Assembly (NCBI GenBank): GCA_963768305.1
Contig: CAVYHE010000009.1
Location: forward strand, 114,534-178,533
Origin: an uncultured bacterium
Lineage (GTDB): Bacteria > Margulisbacteria > WOR-1 > CAVSGV01
Length of the DNA: 64,000 bases
Reading direction: 5' to 3'
The position numbers were made by a program, and so were the translations under genes. Shown one piece after another: positions 22,169 to 33,227 of this stretch. Below the pieces are notes generated by a model. It was not told the DNA's origin and ran no database searches. It worked only from the letters and a program-made list of their open reading frames with translations. The stretch's first letter is position 1; each line of letters starts with the position of its first letter.

Positions 22169-25100
22169 TTAGATCAATTTTCGGTTGGTAAGAAGCGCCA
22201 TAAGCTGATCGGCGGCTCTTGAAGCTCTTGTTTTTTCATCATGGTCCTCGGCGGCCGCAGCCGGTTCCTGCTCCTTCACAAGGGAAAACAAAGATCGCTT
22301 TATTCCTACATTATTATTGCCGTCAGGAGCGGCCTTCTTTTGCGAAGGGACATCATTGCCGGCTGACCGGACAGGTTCAGATCCTTTCTGTTCAATTCTT
22401 ACATTATTATATGCCGCGGGCAGTTTTATCTTCTGTCCGACAAAGACCCAGTGCAGGGGATCGCCGGCAGTCCTATATTTGGCGGCAAGGCTCGCGGCCC
22501 TGCTTTTCTGCTGCTCATTATATGAATCCATCATCCCGTCGCTGCCGATATTTAGCTTCTTGAACTCTTTTAAATATTTATCGTATTCCTCTTTCGTGAC
22601 CCTGGAATTGTCGCCCCGCGCCGCTTTTATTTTTTGCAGCTCGTCCGTGAGGATATCATGGAGCGTCTTTCCCGCCTGCACCGCATGCTCTATATAAGAA
22701 GAGGCGGCTTCTTTTTTGACCTTTTCTTCCTTTTTGGGAGGCTCAACCTTTTTGATCTCGCCCGGCTGAGTAGCCGCGGCCGGTTTTATCTCTACTTTTG
22801 GCGGATCTTGCTGAGGAACGGCGTTCACTTCGATCTTTTTAGGATGCTTGATCAATGACGGGAGCTTAAGCGCCACATTTAACGTCCACGTATTGTCCAT
22901 CTGGTAATTATCGCCGACCACGTACTTTGACCATCCGGCAGTGATGTCCACAGGCCCCGCGGAATAGGTCGCCGAGACGCCCGCGCTCCATCCGTTCAAA
23001 CTGAAAGGACTTTGCCCTTTGCCGATAAGGTCAGGCGTGAAGGGGATCCTCCCCTCAGTGTGTATCTTCAATGATTTAACTAACTGGAGATCGATCTCCG
23101 GGTTCAACGCGTTCTGGTCCGTCATTGGCGGATATCCCAAACCGTGGTCAAGGTCATTATAGTCCCAATGAGAATAAACATCAGAAAGCGAAAGGGTCAG
23201 GCCGATCGGGACCCCCGGCAAGGAAAATTGATCATGATGTTCCAACCCGACCCTGGCCTCCCAGTTAAGCAAGTTATCGGACTCATTCGGCCTGTCCACC
23301 GACTTGCGATAGCTGTCGGCGCCGAATATGTTCAAAACTGACAGGTTCCCGTTCCCAAAGAGCGAGAATTCTTAGGCAGTTTAATGCCATAACCGCCGCG
23401 CAACGCAATTTCCTGGGTATGAATGGAAAAATTCTCGGGAGGCATAAAGAATTGAAAAATATCCAGGCCCGCGTAGTCCTTGTCGTTCCAGTACTTGCTT
23501 ACTCCAAGGTCAAAGTGGGCGTAAACATCTTTTTTATCCCCTAATTTATGGGTCACATTGTTGTACTGATCAATGAATGGTTCCCTTACTTTGTATTGAA
23601 CAAGTCCCGCCCCTCCCCCGATATTTGCAGTGATGCCGCCTAAGAATGCGATGGGTTTACTCTGGGCGGCAACATGATAATCCGTGATCTTCCCGTTCGC
23701 GGAAACTCCGGCAGAGATATTGGCTCTGCTGCTGCTTCCCGACGACACGCGTTCGGCTTCATCATTGAGATAATTAGGGCAGTAGCTCTTTATGGGAAGG
23801 CCCTCTGAAGAACGCTCTTTCTCCGACACAGGCAGATCAAGAAGCAATCCGGCCTGATCGTCGTCTTTATCATCATCGCTCCATTTCCATGATTCGCCCA
23901 GGTGTATCACGGCCGCCAGATTGATATCGTCCGGCAGGGTCCTGATTATCGCGGCAACTTCTTCCGTGACATCGGCGTTCTGATTCGCTTTCAGGATATC
24001 GTAAAGGCTTTTGCCGTTCTTGTCCTGGAGCACGCTTGCAAATATTTTGCGCGCCTCGATAAAATCCTTGTTCCAGAGACGGAGCCGCCCGATATTAAGG
24101 TCTATCTCGCGGGCCAGCATTGAAACGGCTTTGGCATCCAGGAAATACGGCGAAAATTGCGCCACTTCGGCGCTTAATGTACCCTTGATCGATTCCTTTA
24201 TTGATGGATTCCCGAGGTTGGAAAGAGCGGCCTTATATAGGTCCTCTTGCCTCTCGTTGGAGATAGTATTTCCCATTTCTATCTTGAGCAGGATATTGTA
24301 GCCGAACAACCTTTTCTCTTCCGGAAGTTCTTTCAGGTCCTTCAATATTTTCCTGAAAGCGTCTTTTAAGGATATCTCTGGAATGTCCTTTGAGGACACT
24401 GCCAGAATTTCCTTTTTCGAGTACACTCCCTTAAGGTCATCTGAGGATACTCCCAGAAGTTCCAGCGCCTTGATATACTGCTCAAACGCTTTCGGGCAGT
24501 CATCTATCAATCTTTGAGGTGAATCCCCGTCATCCGATATTTCCTCGCCCTGCAGGAGCGAGTTGAACACTATTCCCAGCCCGAAGCAAATATCCGCCTG
24601 CAGCCATCTCTCTTCTTTGCTGACAGGGGCACCTTCAAGGTATTTGAGCGCCCCTTCATAATCCTTTTTCGCGTCCGCGCATTGACCCAGCGACATGTTC
24701 ACGTCCCCAATGCCCTTGCGCATCCTGGCCATCCCCAGGATCGAGCCGCCCTTGTACAGCGCTTCGGCTGTTTCAAAACATTTTTTCGCTTCCTCTTTGG
24801 TCTCCTTTAAGGCCGCGACGCAGTTAAGCAGGGCGTATCCTTTTGTTTCATTCGCCTGCGCCAGCTTCATCTTCACCTGAAGGTTGTTCGCGTTCTTTTC
24901 GTAAAATTCTTTCTTGGTAAGGCAGTTTATGGCTTTCTGTGCCTCAGCCTGAGCTTCCTTCATCAGGTGCCATTCCACGGAACCGGCTTTACCTTTCATA
25001 TTGGATAATATCTCGGCGCAGAAAATATGAACGTCAGCCGCAGTGATACGGTTAAAAATGTCATTGGATCCTTGCTCTATCACGCCATCGCAAAGCTCGG

Positions 25101-27420
25101 CGGCTTTGTCTATGTCGTCCTTTACGCCCGCAAAATCATTGAGCCTGGCTTCCGGGAGCCTTGCTTTGGCTTCCGCCCTGATCCTGTACACGCGGGCAAC
25201 AGCGATCTTTTGCTGCGCGTTTTCAGGCACCGGTATGTCTTTATCCTTCGCCAGATCGATCGCGGCGGCGTATTCCGCCATGGCTCCTTCCGGCTTGTTA
25301 CCGATCTTAAGCTGGTCCCCTATCCTTAAATGGGCGGTCATCGCATTTACTTGCGCTTCCAGAACGGCGCTCATATTGGACTTTTTCTGGTCCGCGTTTG
25401 CCTTTGCGAAAATGCTCAGAACGCTCTTATATGCATCGGTAGCACCCTGATATGCCTGCGAAGATCCTTCAATTTGGCCGGCCTCGGCCAGCTGATCGCC
25501 GTAACCCTGGCAGTTATTTGTAAGCATTATGTTCAGGAACAGGCCGAAATCATCCATCGGAACAGGTTTATCAGCGGGAACCCTATTCCTGCTCCTGCCT
25601 CTTTCCGCCGCGGGCGCGCGAACCGATGCGCGGTTTGATACCAGTGCCATCTCATCTTTAATATCATGTATGAGCTGGGCGCGCTCACTTAGCGCATTGT
25701 TGCGGTCGTTAAGGTCGCCTTTATTGAGGTAAGCGAATATCCTTGTTTCTCTCAGTTTGAATTCAAGCTGTTTGGTATAAGGAAGATCGTTCTGCGGCAG
25801 GGCAGCGATCCCGGTCTGTACGCTTGTCAGCACATCGTCATAATTCCCCAGCGCTAGCTGGGCATATGACATATCAAGGCATATCTCAGAAGTTAATAGC
25901 CTTGTTTCAGCGTTATCAAGTCCGGATATCACACTCATCGCAGCGGAGTAATATTTTGCGGCGTCTTCAATATTGTTGGTTTGCGCGAGGTAATTGCCTT
26001 TTGCCTTAAGGGCTTTGGCGTAATTCAGCCGGACGTCATCAAATTCGCGCGCAACCTGTGAATCAATTTGTCCTCCGGGTATATGCTTTGCAGCTTCAAA
26101 AGCAACGTTATATTCATCACTTTTAATGATATATAAGCCCCTATAATGGTTTTCGGCATTCCCTGCAAAATTGGTTTCAGCTGTTGTCAGGTCTTTTTCC
26201 GCGTTTATATAATCTTTTAATTCCAGGCGGACCTTCCCTCTTTCCACATATGCTTTATTCAGTTCCACCTGATAGTCAAATTCCCTCTGATGGCCTGCTA
26301 CGGCATTTTGATGACCGGCAATGTCAGGTGATACAAGCTCCGTGATCCTTGCATTTGCTGTAGTCAAGGCATCCGCGTAATCCCCGGTTGCCTTATAAAG
26401 GTCGGTCAAAGTCCCGCGGACGCCGGAAATAGTGTAAATAATATCGAAAATGGACTTCATCGCATCTTCGAAGTCCCTGTTCGACACGCTATTAAGCCGA
26501 GTCAGCCTCTGATCCTTCAGCTTGTTCAGCGAAGTCAGCGCTTTTGTGCATAATTCGATCGCCCTTGCATTATCTCCAAGCGAGAAGAGACAAACGCCCC
26601 ATTGGGCATAAATTTCCGGTATCAGGAAGAATACCCTCGTTCTGCTCGCGATATCACTCGCGGTCTTAAAACATGCCTCGGCAGCTTGTTGAGTATTTCT
26701 ATCTCTCGCCGTAGCAAAAAGAGCTTCTCCTTTCCAGAGGGAAAATTGCGCATTAAGCAAGTTCCTGTAATCACTGTCAATTCTGCGAATTCGACTTAAC
26801 TTAGTCGAGCCATCATCGATCAGCCTTAATACACGGTTGAAATTGTCCTCGGGATTTCTTGTGTTCTTTCTGACCAGGAGTGCGATCTCATCGTTAATGA
26901 TCTTCACTTCATCTATGGAGCCTGGTGCGGAAGCTCTCCTTAAATCTTCAAGCCTGCTTACATAACCATCTATCTCATTGTTCTTCACCGCATCATTATC
27001 GATCGATTTTTCTATGTTATGGCGCGTTATCTTGGCGCTATAAAGAACGTCGGGAGGGTTACGCCCGGTATTTTTTGTAAATTCCACGAATTTTGCATAT
27101 AATCTCTCATATTCATCCCAGTCTCTTGCCGCTCCTCTTTTATCGCCTTTTTTTTCCTCCAGGCCGATTAAAACCGATAAAGCACGTAATGGAGCTGCAT
27201 AATCAAGATAATCTCCGTGTTCCAAAATATAATACAATACCTGATAAGCAGCTCTACAGGTATTTATGGCTCCATTAATCTCATCCTTTGACGCATTAAC
27301 TTTTGATAAAGTGACTGCCGGCCCATTTGTAACAATGCCTATTTCCTCCTGAAAAATGACGGCAGGATCCATCTCTTTTCCGAGATATATCCTATGTAAA
27401 TAATCAAAATCAATGTTCAT
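22169..27420 (-). CDS. TPR-repeat protein with C-terminal beta-barrel and LysM-like domain (BcsC/PgaA-like architecture; probable frameshift near 23335-23360)
   Basis: Many TPR-like helical pairs in 23332-27420; beta-strand region continues into 22169-23335 (WEARVGL, WSAGVSATY, WTLNVALKL); HAVQAGKTLHDI...VFVGQKIKLP LysM-like with insertion. Confidence 0.65.
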
Positions 27421-30323
27421 TTTTTACACCTGCCTTGTCAGTATGCTCAAGCTCAACTTCGATCAATTTGGATATTTCGCTTTCTTTACCATCCAATTTA
27501 CGGGTCCAGAAACTTCCTGCCCCATATACGTTGTAAATGGCTCGGGCCAGTTCACAGGCAAAGAACGCGAATTGGATCGGGTCGCTCATATCAAGTTCCT
27601 TCGAAAGGCGAGCTAATTTAGTGAGGCTAGCTGCTACTATCTTACCCTGAAATTTCACCGGTTTTCCCGTGGAAAGCGCGGTCGAATCTGCCCTTGCTTC
27701 ACTCATTCTCTTTTTCGCTGTTTTGATACGCTCATCGGCAAATCGCGCTTTTTTCTCATTGGGTATGAGCTTATATTCGTCTTTTTCAAAATCCAGGTCT
27801 TTTTTAGCGGATTCAGTTTCTCTTTTTAGCGCGTCTTTAAAGTTATTAAAACATGAGAGCAAATCACCGGAATCGTCATCGCTTAAACGAAAGGACCTGG
27901 ATAATTGCTGATCCTGTGATACGATAGATATGGTCTCCGCCAGGGTGATCAATCCCTCGGCTTTTTTGGGCAATTCAACCTGAGCTGATGCCCCACAATA
28001 TGCAAGTTTCAAAGAGTGAATTAAAGAATGAATGCTGGCCACATATTCGTTTTTCATCCCGAATTCCACGGTCACGTTGGCGCTGTTTATCGCTCTTGCA
28101 AGGTCTTCAAAATCCGGCGTTCCATCGGACAATGACCGCGCTTGCTCAATGGGCAGCGTTCCCTGATCCAGTTCTTGATCCTGTTCATTTTCCGCCTGGA
28201 GCGGTTCCCTTGAAACTATTTTTGAAGTAAGGCCGGCGGTTTCCTCTCCCATCGCCATAAGTTCCCTGGAAAATCCTTCAGCCAGAAGCAGCTTTTTTGG
28301 ATCGATCTTTTTATTGGCTACCGCTTCCGCATACAGGACATAAGCGATATCTTTAACTACTGAATGCCTGTCCTTTATTAAGGCAGCCTGTTCTTTGTTA
28401 TTTTCGGTTTCAAGATAATTATTATTGTATACATACCTTACTTTATCCTTGCATAATCCGATCTGCGCTGTTCTTACGCTTTTTTTGCCGCCAATTTTGT
28501 CAATATCCGCTATCCAGCTTGCAGCGTCATCGGCCATGCCGGAATATAGATGAGAAAGAAGGACAAGGTTCCCCGGCATCCTGATCCCCAGCAACAGTTC
28601 TTTATCTCCCCTCCACATCACGCTATTCCCGTATTCGCTCTGTTTCCCGAAGACATCGGCCATGAAGCTGCCTTTATATTTATTTATGATGTATCCTTCC
28701 GATCTTTTAAGGAAATATTCCGCGAGCCTCTGCCACGACCGGTCTTTCACTATCCCCGCCCATTCACTATCCCCTATGTTCAATCCCCTGATGTTGTGAA
28801 GCACTGTATCTCCGCTGTTCCCTTTTTCAGCGGCTGACTTCGTCAACGCCGCCAGGTCCAGAAAGATCGCGGACAAAAATCCGTCCTTGTATTCATGGTC
28901 AAGCGAAGCATTGGAAATATCAGCCATTAATGTGCCGTATATATTTAACGCCGAAAGCAAAGATTGCGGCGTGCTGATATCGGAGAAATGCTCGGCAAGC
29001 TTCAGTTTTGCCTCCAGATATTGATTGTTATTTACGTCGGTCCACGCCTGATCCCATCCCTTAAACCCGTTCCCTTTTATTTCCACCCATTCGCCCACGT
29101 CCCAGGGAGCGTCGATGACTTTTTTGTATGTCTGTTCTATGAGCATATCCAGGTTCTCTTTTATATCATCTTCGGGGAGGTATTCTTTCATCCATTTCAG
29201 GTCATTGTTAAAAGCGGTGCCGTCAAATGCTCCGTTCTTATAAACGGCTGACCTTAATTTTCGGTAATCTTCCGCCAGCAGAGATGCAGTTAAAGGATAC
29301 TTTGCGTTCTTATGCCCTTTTTCCTGTTGTAAAATGGACGACCTGCGATGCTGGATATTCTTAAGGATATCTTCCAGCTGCCTGCGTCCGCTGGGAGCGA
29401 TAGCTTTCGGTGGCTGGCTCCTGGGAATTACCCAATCGCGGTCGCTTTTCTTGTTGAACCAGACAACGGCCGAGATCCCCATCTCCGAAGCCGAAGATCT
29501 TGCTTCATCCAGCCATGATTGTTTGTCGGGAGCAGTGGTCGCGCATTCGGTGACCATTACTTTCTTGCCGCCGATAAGGTCTTTTGCGTCTTCGGCTGCC
29601 TGGCCGAACAGGTCCTTGAATGACCGGTTGCCGCCGAAATCAAATCCATGCAATCCGATAACGCTCACATATTCTTTACCCGGAAAGTAATCCTTCCAAC
29701 CTGACCATCTCACATCAGGAGCAAAAACGAATTTAACGTTTTTAGCCCCGGCGGCATTGAACTTTTGCACAATGTGCCGGAAAGCCTCTATATATGCTCT
29801 CTTGTTCCCTCCGTTAAGATGCCCGCCCCAGGGATATGTTTTATTATTCGGTTCGTGCATAAGCTCAACGTAGATCGGAAATCCCCATTTTTTTGCCTCA
29901 TTCGCCCATTTTTCTATGTAAACGTCAAAGTCGCCCCTGTTTATCTGATCCAAAAGGTATTCATCTGTCTTCCTTGAAAAATGCCACGGCTCCCACGCGA
30001 TAAGCGGGATGGCGCCGTGTTCTTTTACCGCGTCGCAAAAAACCTTGGGGAATGGTTGCAATTCCTCCCTGAAATTGGAGCCCCAGGCCGAATATCCTTT
30101 TATGATCGTCAGGTTGTTATGCGTGTGCTCTTCAAATCGTTTGCTGGCGGTTTCAATGACGCTTTTATCGTCTTCCTCGGAGATCACGTCCGCGACATAC
30201 GCCCCGACAGGGACATTTTTCGTTCCTCGATCCATTTGTCCGCCCGCTGCCGGAGCTTCCGTACTGGCCGATAGCCGCCGGCAGGACCGAGCTTAAATAT
30301 ATGCCGTTATTGAACATTGTCAT
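27410..30323 (-). CDS. GH26-family glycoside hydrolase domain fused to a long helical C-terminal region (main ORF 27410-30235; probable start 30323 via frameshift)
   Basis: AWEPW, HEPN (acid/base), YPWG, YFPGKEYV..IGLHGFD, VMVTE (nucleophile); GGGAG RBS and ATG at 30323 right after promoter copy 5. Confidence 0.75.
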
Positions 30324-30337
30324 GCTCCCATACATAT

Positions 30338-30365
30338 ATATCGTTAAAAACAGCCTTATATTTCA
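30338..30365 (-). promoter_or_regulatory. Sigma28-like promoter element, copy 5
   Basis: TGAAA-N15-AACGATAT; its TGA is the stop codon of the upstream gene. Confidence 0.65.
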
Positions 30366-33227
30366 TGGTTGCATCCTTCTTAAAGCTTGGTCCGCCAATA
30401 ATCTCCAGTTAGGATGCGCTGCTGAACTTCGCAATTCCCTGAATATTTGTTCCGCCTGAACAGGATTGGTTATCAGCTGACTATTCGCCTCAAAGAACAT
30501 ATCGCCTTCTATTGAAGATGTTACGTCCAGTGATTCCGTGTGCAACGCTCTGTAGCTGGGCCCGAGTCTCATCCTTCTTAAATATCTAAGGTGAGCCAAC
30601 CTTAAGTCGGACGGAGTTCCTGCGTTTTGTACATCTCGAATGAATCGCTGGTCCGGCGCGGCATTGTGAACTTGATTTCTCCCGAATCTTGTGTCCCAAT
30701 TCTGCTCTTTGTTGCACATTCTTATCCAATTCAGCGCGCCGATATTATTGACCGTCTGATAAGTGCCCCAGAGCATGTTCATTATTATCCCGAAATTATC
30801 TAGCACGTTATCCACGGTGGCCATTCTCATAAGGTTCGTGCCGGAGACAAGCCCCGCGACCGACAACGCGCTTAAGCCCGCAAGGAACAAACTGTTATCC
30901 AGCGAAACGTTCCCGCCCTTGGCCAGAGCGGTTTGAACGTACCGCCCGTACTGCGGATCTTCTACAGGCATGCGTTCCAGCCCTCTTAATCCCGGGAACA
31001 GGGTCGGAAGCTTCATCCACGGGCCTTCAAAGAAAGACCACCACAAACGCCCGCGCCTGCTGCGCAGCAAGTTCTCTTTGTTGTACCCCAGCTGGTGCAT
31101 GGCCGAACTGTACTGGTAAGCCGCCAAAAAGAATTGCGGAAGGAAAGCGCCGAAAACAAAATACCCCAGGTCCACCGGATAAGGTTTTATGTGGCCGCCC
31201 GAAAGCAGGAAAGCTATCGGCGAACACTGCCTTGCCAGTTCCGCGCTCGAAACGTTGTACCAGTCCGATAAAAGGTAATCCTCATACATGCTCTTGAACG
31301 TGCTTTCCAGGGGCCTCCCGGTCAAATATTCCCTCATTTGCCTCCATATTATCGGCATCAGGACATCCGCAGCCAGCTCCATTCCAAAGTTATATCTGTA
31401 AGCTTCCTGGCCTTCTATTTTACTGAATTGATGCGGCTCGGCTTCAATGGATGTGATCTTTGGATAGTACATCAATTTGAGCCCCAGCACGAATTTCATC
31501 GCGATCTTAAGTTGTTCGTCTTCGGACACTCCGGAAAGCCAGCCCAGAAACCTGTTATAAGGCGCTATTTTAAGGTAATACGGATGGTGCCTGAACGTTT
31601 CAAACCCTCCGGATTTTTCCAGGGCCAGGCCGACACGGAGATCCTCGCAGTTCTGAGGCAGCCCCATGGAGATCCTTGCCATTTCCAGTAGATCCCTTTG
31701 TTTCAATTGCATTGGCGTCCCGTTCTCAATAGGATTCGGCGTTCTTTCGTCATTGGCGCCGAAACCATGGGCTTTGCCTGCCTGTATGCTGAATGTCCTG
31801 TTTGGCACGTCCACTTCGGAATGGAGCGACTTTTTTCCCCCGTAAAATTGTATGTCCCTGAGTTGGCCGGCGACCTCCGGCTTATACGATTCTCCGACAA
31901 ATTCCGCCCCGAACTGGGTCTGGCGGTGGACCACGAGCTGGAATTCGCCCTCAATTATGTCCGGCAGCCACCAATGCGTCAGTATGATCTCAATGTCCGA
32001 GTTTTTCTGCGCGCTGTTCTCTTTCAGCAACCATGCCCTTATCCCTCTCATGGTTGTTTCGGCATCTGCGTTTAATGCACCTACGGCTTCATTCTTCAGG
32101 CCGTATCCAGAGAAAAAGTCCCTTGTCCCGTCATAAGTGACCCTGACGATATTTTCCAACCCGGACCTTTTGATCTTTCCAACACGCTTGTAAACAGCTC
32201 CCTGTCCGCTCTCTATCTTGATTCTCCCTATAAGGCCAGGATCCTTCAGTTGGCGCTTTGGGATCGGTTTGGACAGGGAGAGCGGGACTTTGTAAGAGGC
32301 CCTTTCTTCCCCTCCGATTTTTTCCTTCACGACTACCGCGGAAGTCGGAACGGCGTAAAAAATCTTTCTTGCACCATTCAAAATGCGGGACCTGTGATTG
32401 AGCTTTCCGCTCCTTATCTTCTTGATGCGGGTAAGCAATAAAAGCACTTCCCCGTCATGCTTTATAAGGCGGGGTCGGAATCTATATGTCTTTTCGTACG
32501 AATCGCTCTGATAAAAGCTGTCCATGCTCCCCATGCCGTGTTTTCTGTTTTGCAGGAACCCTATATTGTTGCGGTCTGCAAAAAGGTCCGAAGATATACA
32601 TCCCAGATCGTTCATGTCTTCATCTGTCAGGTGAAGCGCATAATTATTTTCCGAAACTCTTTCCACCCTTACGGTCAATTCCTGGGACCTGAGCAGATAT
32701 TCGATCAATCTTGCTTTGCTGTTCTCCTTGTCTTCCTTGTAAATATTGCGGTTATCCTTCAGGTAATATATAAAATCAAAATTATCGCGGACCATGTCCT
32801 TTATCCTCAGGACATTGAAGGCCAATCCTCCGGTCTTTTCATCCCTCTGAACGTCTATCGTCCTTCTTGCGATATCCGGGCGTGAAAGCGCGGACGGGAC
32901 ATTATCAAGCAGAGTTTCAAGCGGTACTACGACAGGATCCGAATTGTCCCTGACCGCCAGGAGAAGGCCGCCTTTTTTCACCTTTTTCCACGCTTGGCCG
33001 CTATTTACCTTGTTCAAAGTCCAGTCATAAGAGCCGTTTCCCAGGTCCCTGACCTGTATCTTTTTTCCGGTTTCGATGCTCTGGATGGTCTGCTCACCGC
33101 CATTTCCGATCCATCTTGTGTTATGCGGATAGGTATGCGTGTCCACGGGAGCTAAACCGGAGACCTTGATGATCTTCCTGTTCAAAATACCCCGGCTTAT
33201 CTTTGTTATATGTTCCGGCCAGAACAT
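30363..33227 (-). CDS. C-terminal half of a diverged processive GT2 (cellulose-synthase-like) with TM helices and a large N-terminal insertion
   Basis: GWLSGVSED..LKI...LGLKLMYYPKITSIEAEP.......QEAYRYNFG aligns with the BcsA-type GF..S.TED...G....Y.......P......QRxRW..G; several TM helices follow. Confidence 0.55.
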   Translation of the reverse strand: MFWPEHITKISRGILNRKIIKVSGLAPVDTHTYPHNTRWIGNGGEQTIQSIETGKKIQVRDLGNGSYDWTLNKVNSGQAWKKVKKGGLLLAVRDNSDPVVVPLETLLDNVPSALSRPDIARRTIDVQRDEKTGGLAFNVLRIKDMVRDNFDFIYYLKDNRNIYKEDKENSKARLIEYLLRSQELTVRVERVSENNYALHLTDEDMNDLGCISSDLFADRNNIGFLQNRKHGMGSMDSFYQSDSYEKTYRFRPRLIKHDGEVLLLLTRIKKIRSGKLNHRSRILNGARKIFYAVPTSAVVVKEKIGGEERASYKVPLSLSKPIPKRQLKDPGLIGRIKIESGQGAVYKRVGKIKRSGLENIVRVTYDGTRDFFSGYGLKNEAVGALNADAETTMRGIRAWLLKENSAQKNSDIEIILTHWWLPDIIEGEFQLVVHRQTQFGAEFVGESYKPEVAGQLRDIQFYGGKKSLHSEVDVPNRTFSIQAGKAHGFGANDERTPNPIENGTPMQLKQRDLLEMARISMGLPQNCEDLRVGLALEKSGGFETFRHHPYYLKIAPYNRFLGWLSGVSEDEQLKIAMKFVLGLKLMYYPKITSIEAEPHQFSKIEGQEAYRYNFGMELAADVLMPIIWRQMREYLTGRPLESTFKSMYEDYLLSDWYNVSSAELARQCSPIAFLLSGGHIKPYPVDLGYFVFGAFLPQFFLAAYQYSSAMHQLGYNKENLLRSRRGRLWWSFFEGPWMKLPTLFPGLRGLERMPVEDPQYGRYVQTALAKGGNVSLDNSLFLAGLSALSVAGLVSGTNLMRMATVDNVLDNFGIIMNMLWGTYQTVNNIGALNWIRMCNKEQNWDTRFGRNQVHNAAPDQRFIRDVQNAGTPSDLRLAHLRYLRRMRLGPSYRALHTESLDVTSSIEGDMFFEANSQLITNPVQAEQIFRELRSSAAHPNWRLLADQALRRMQP

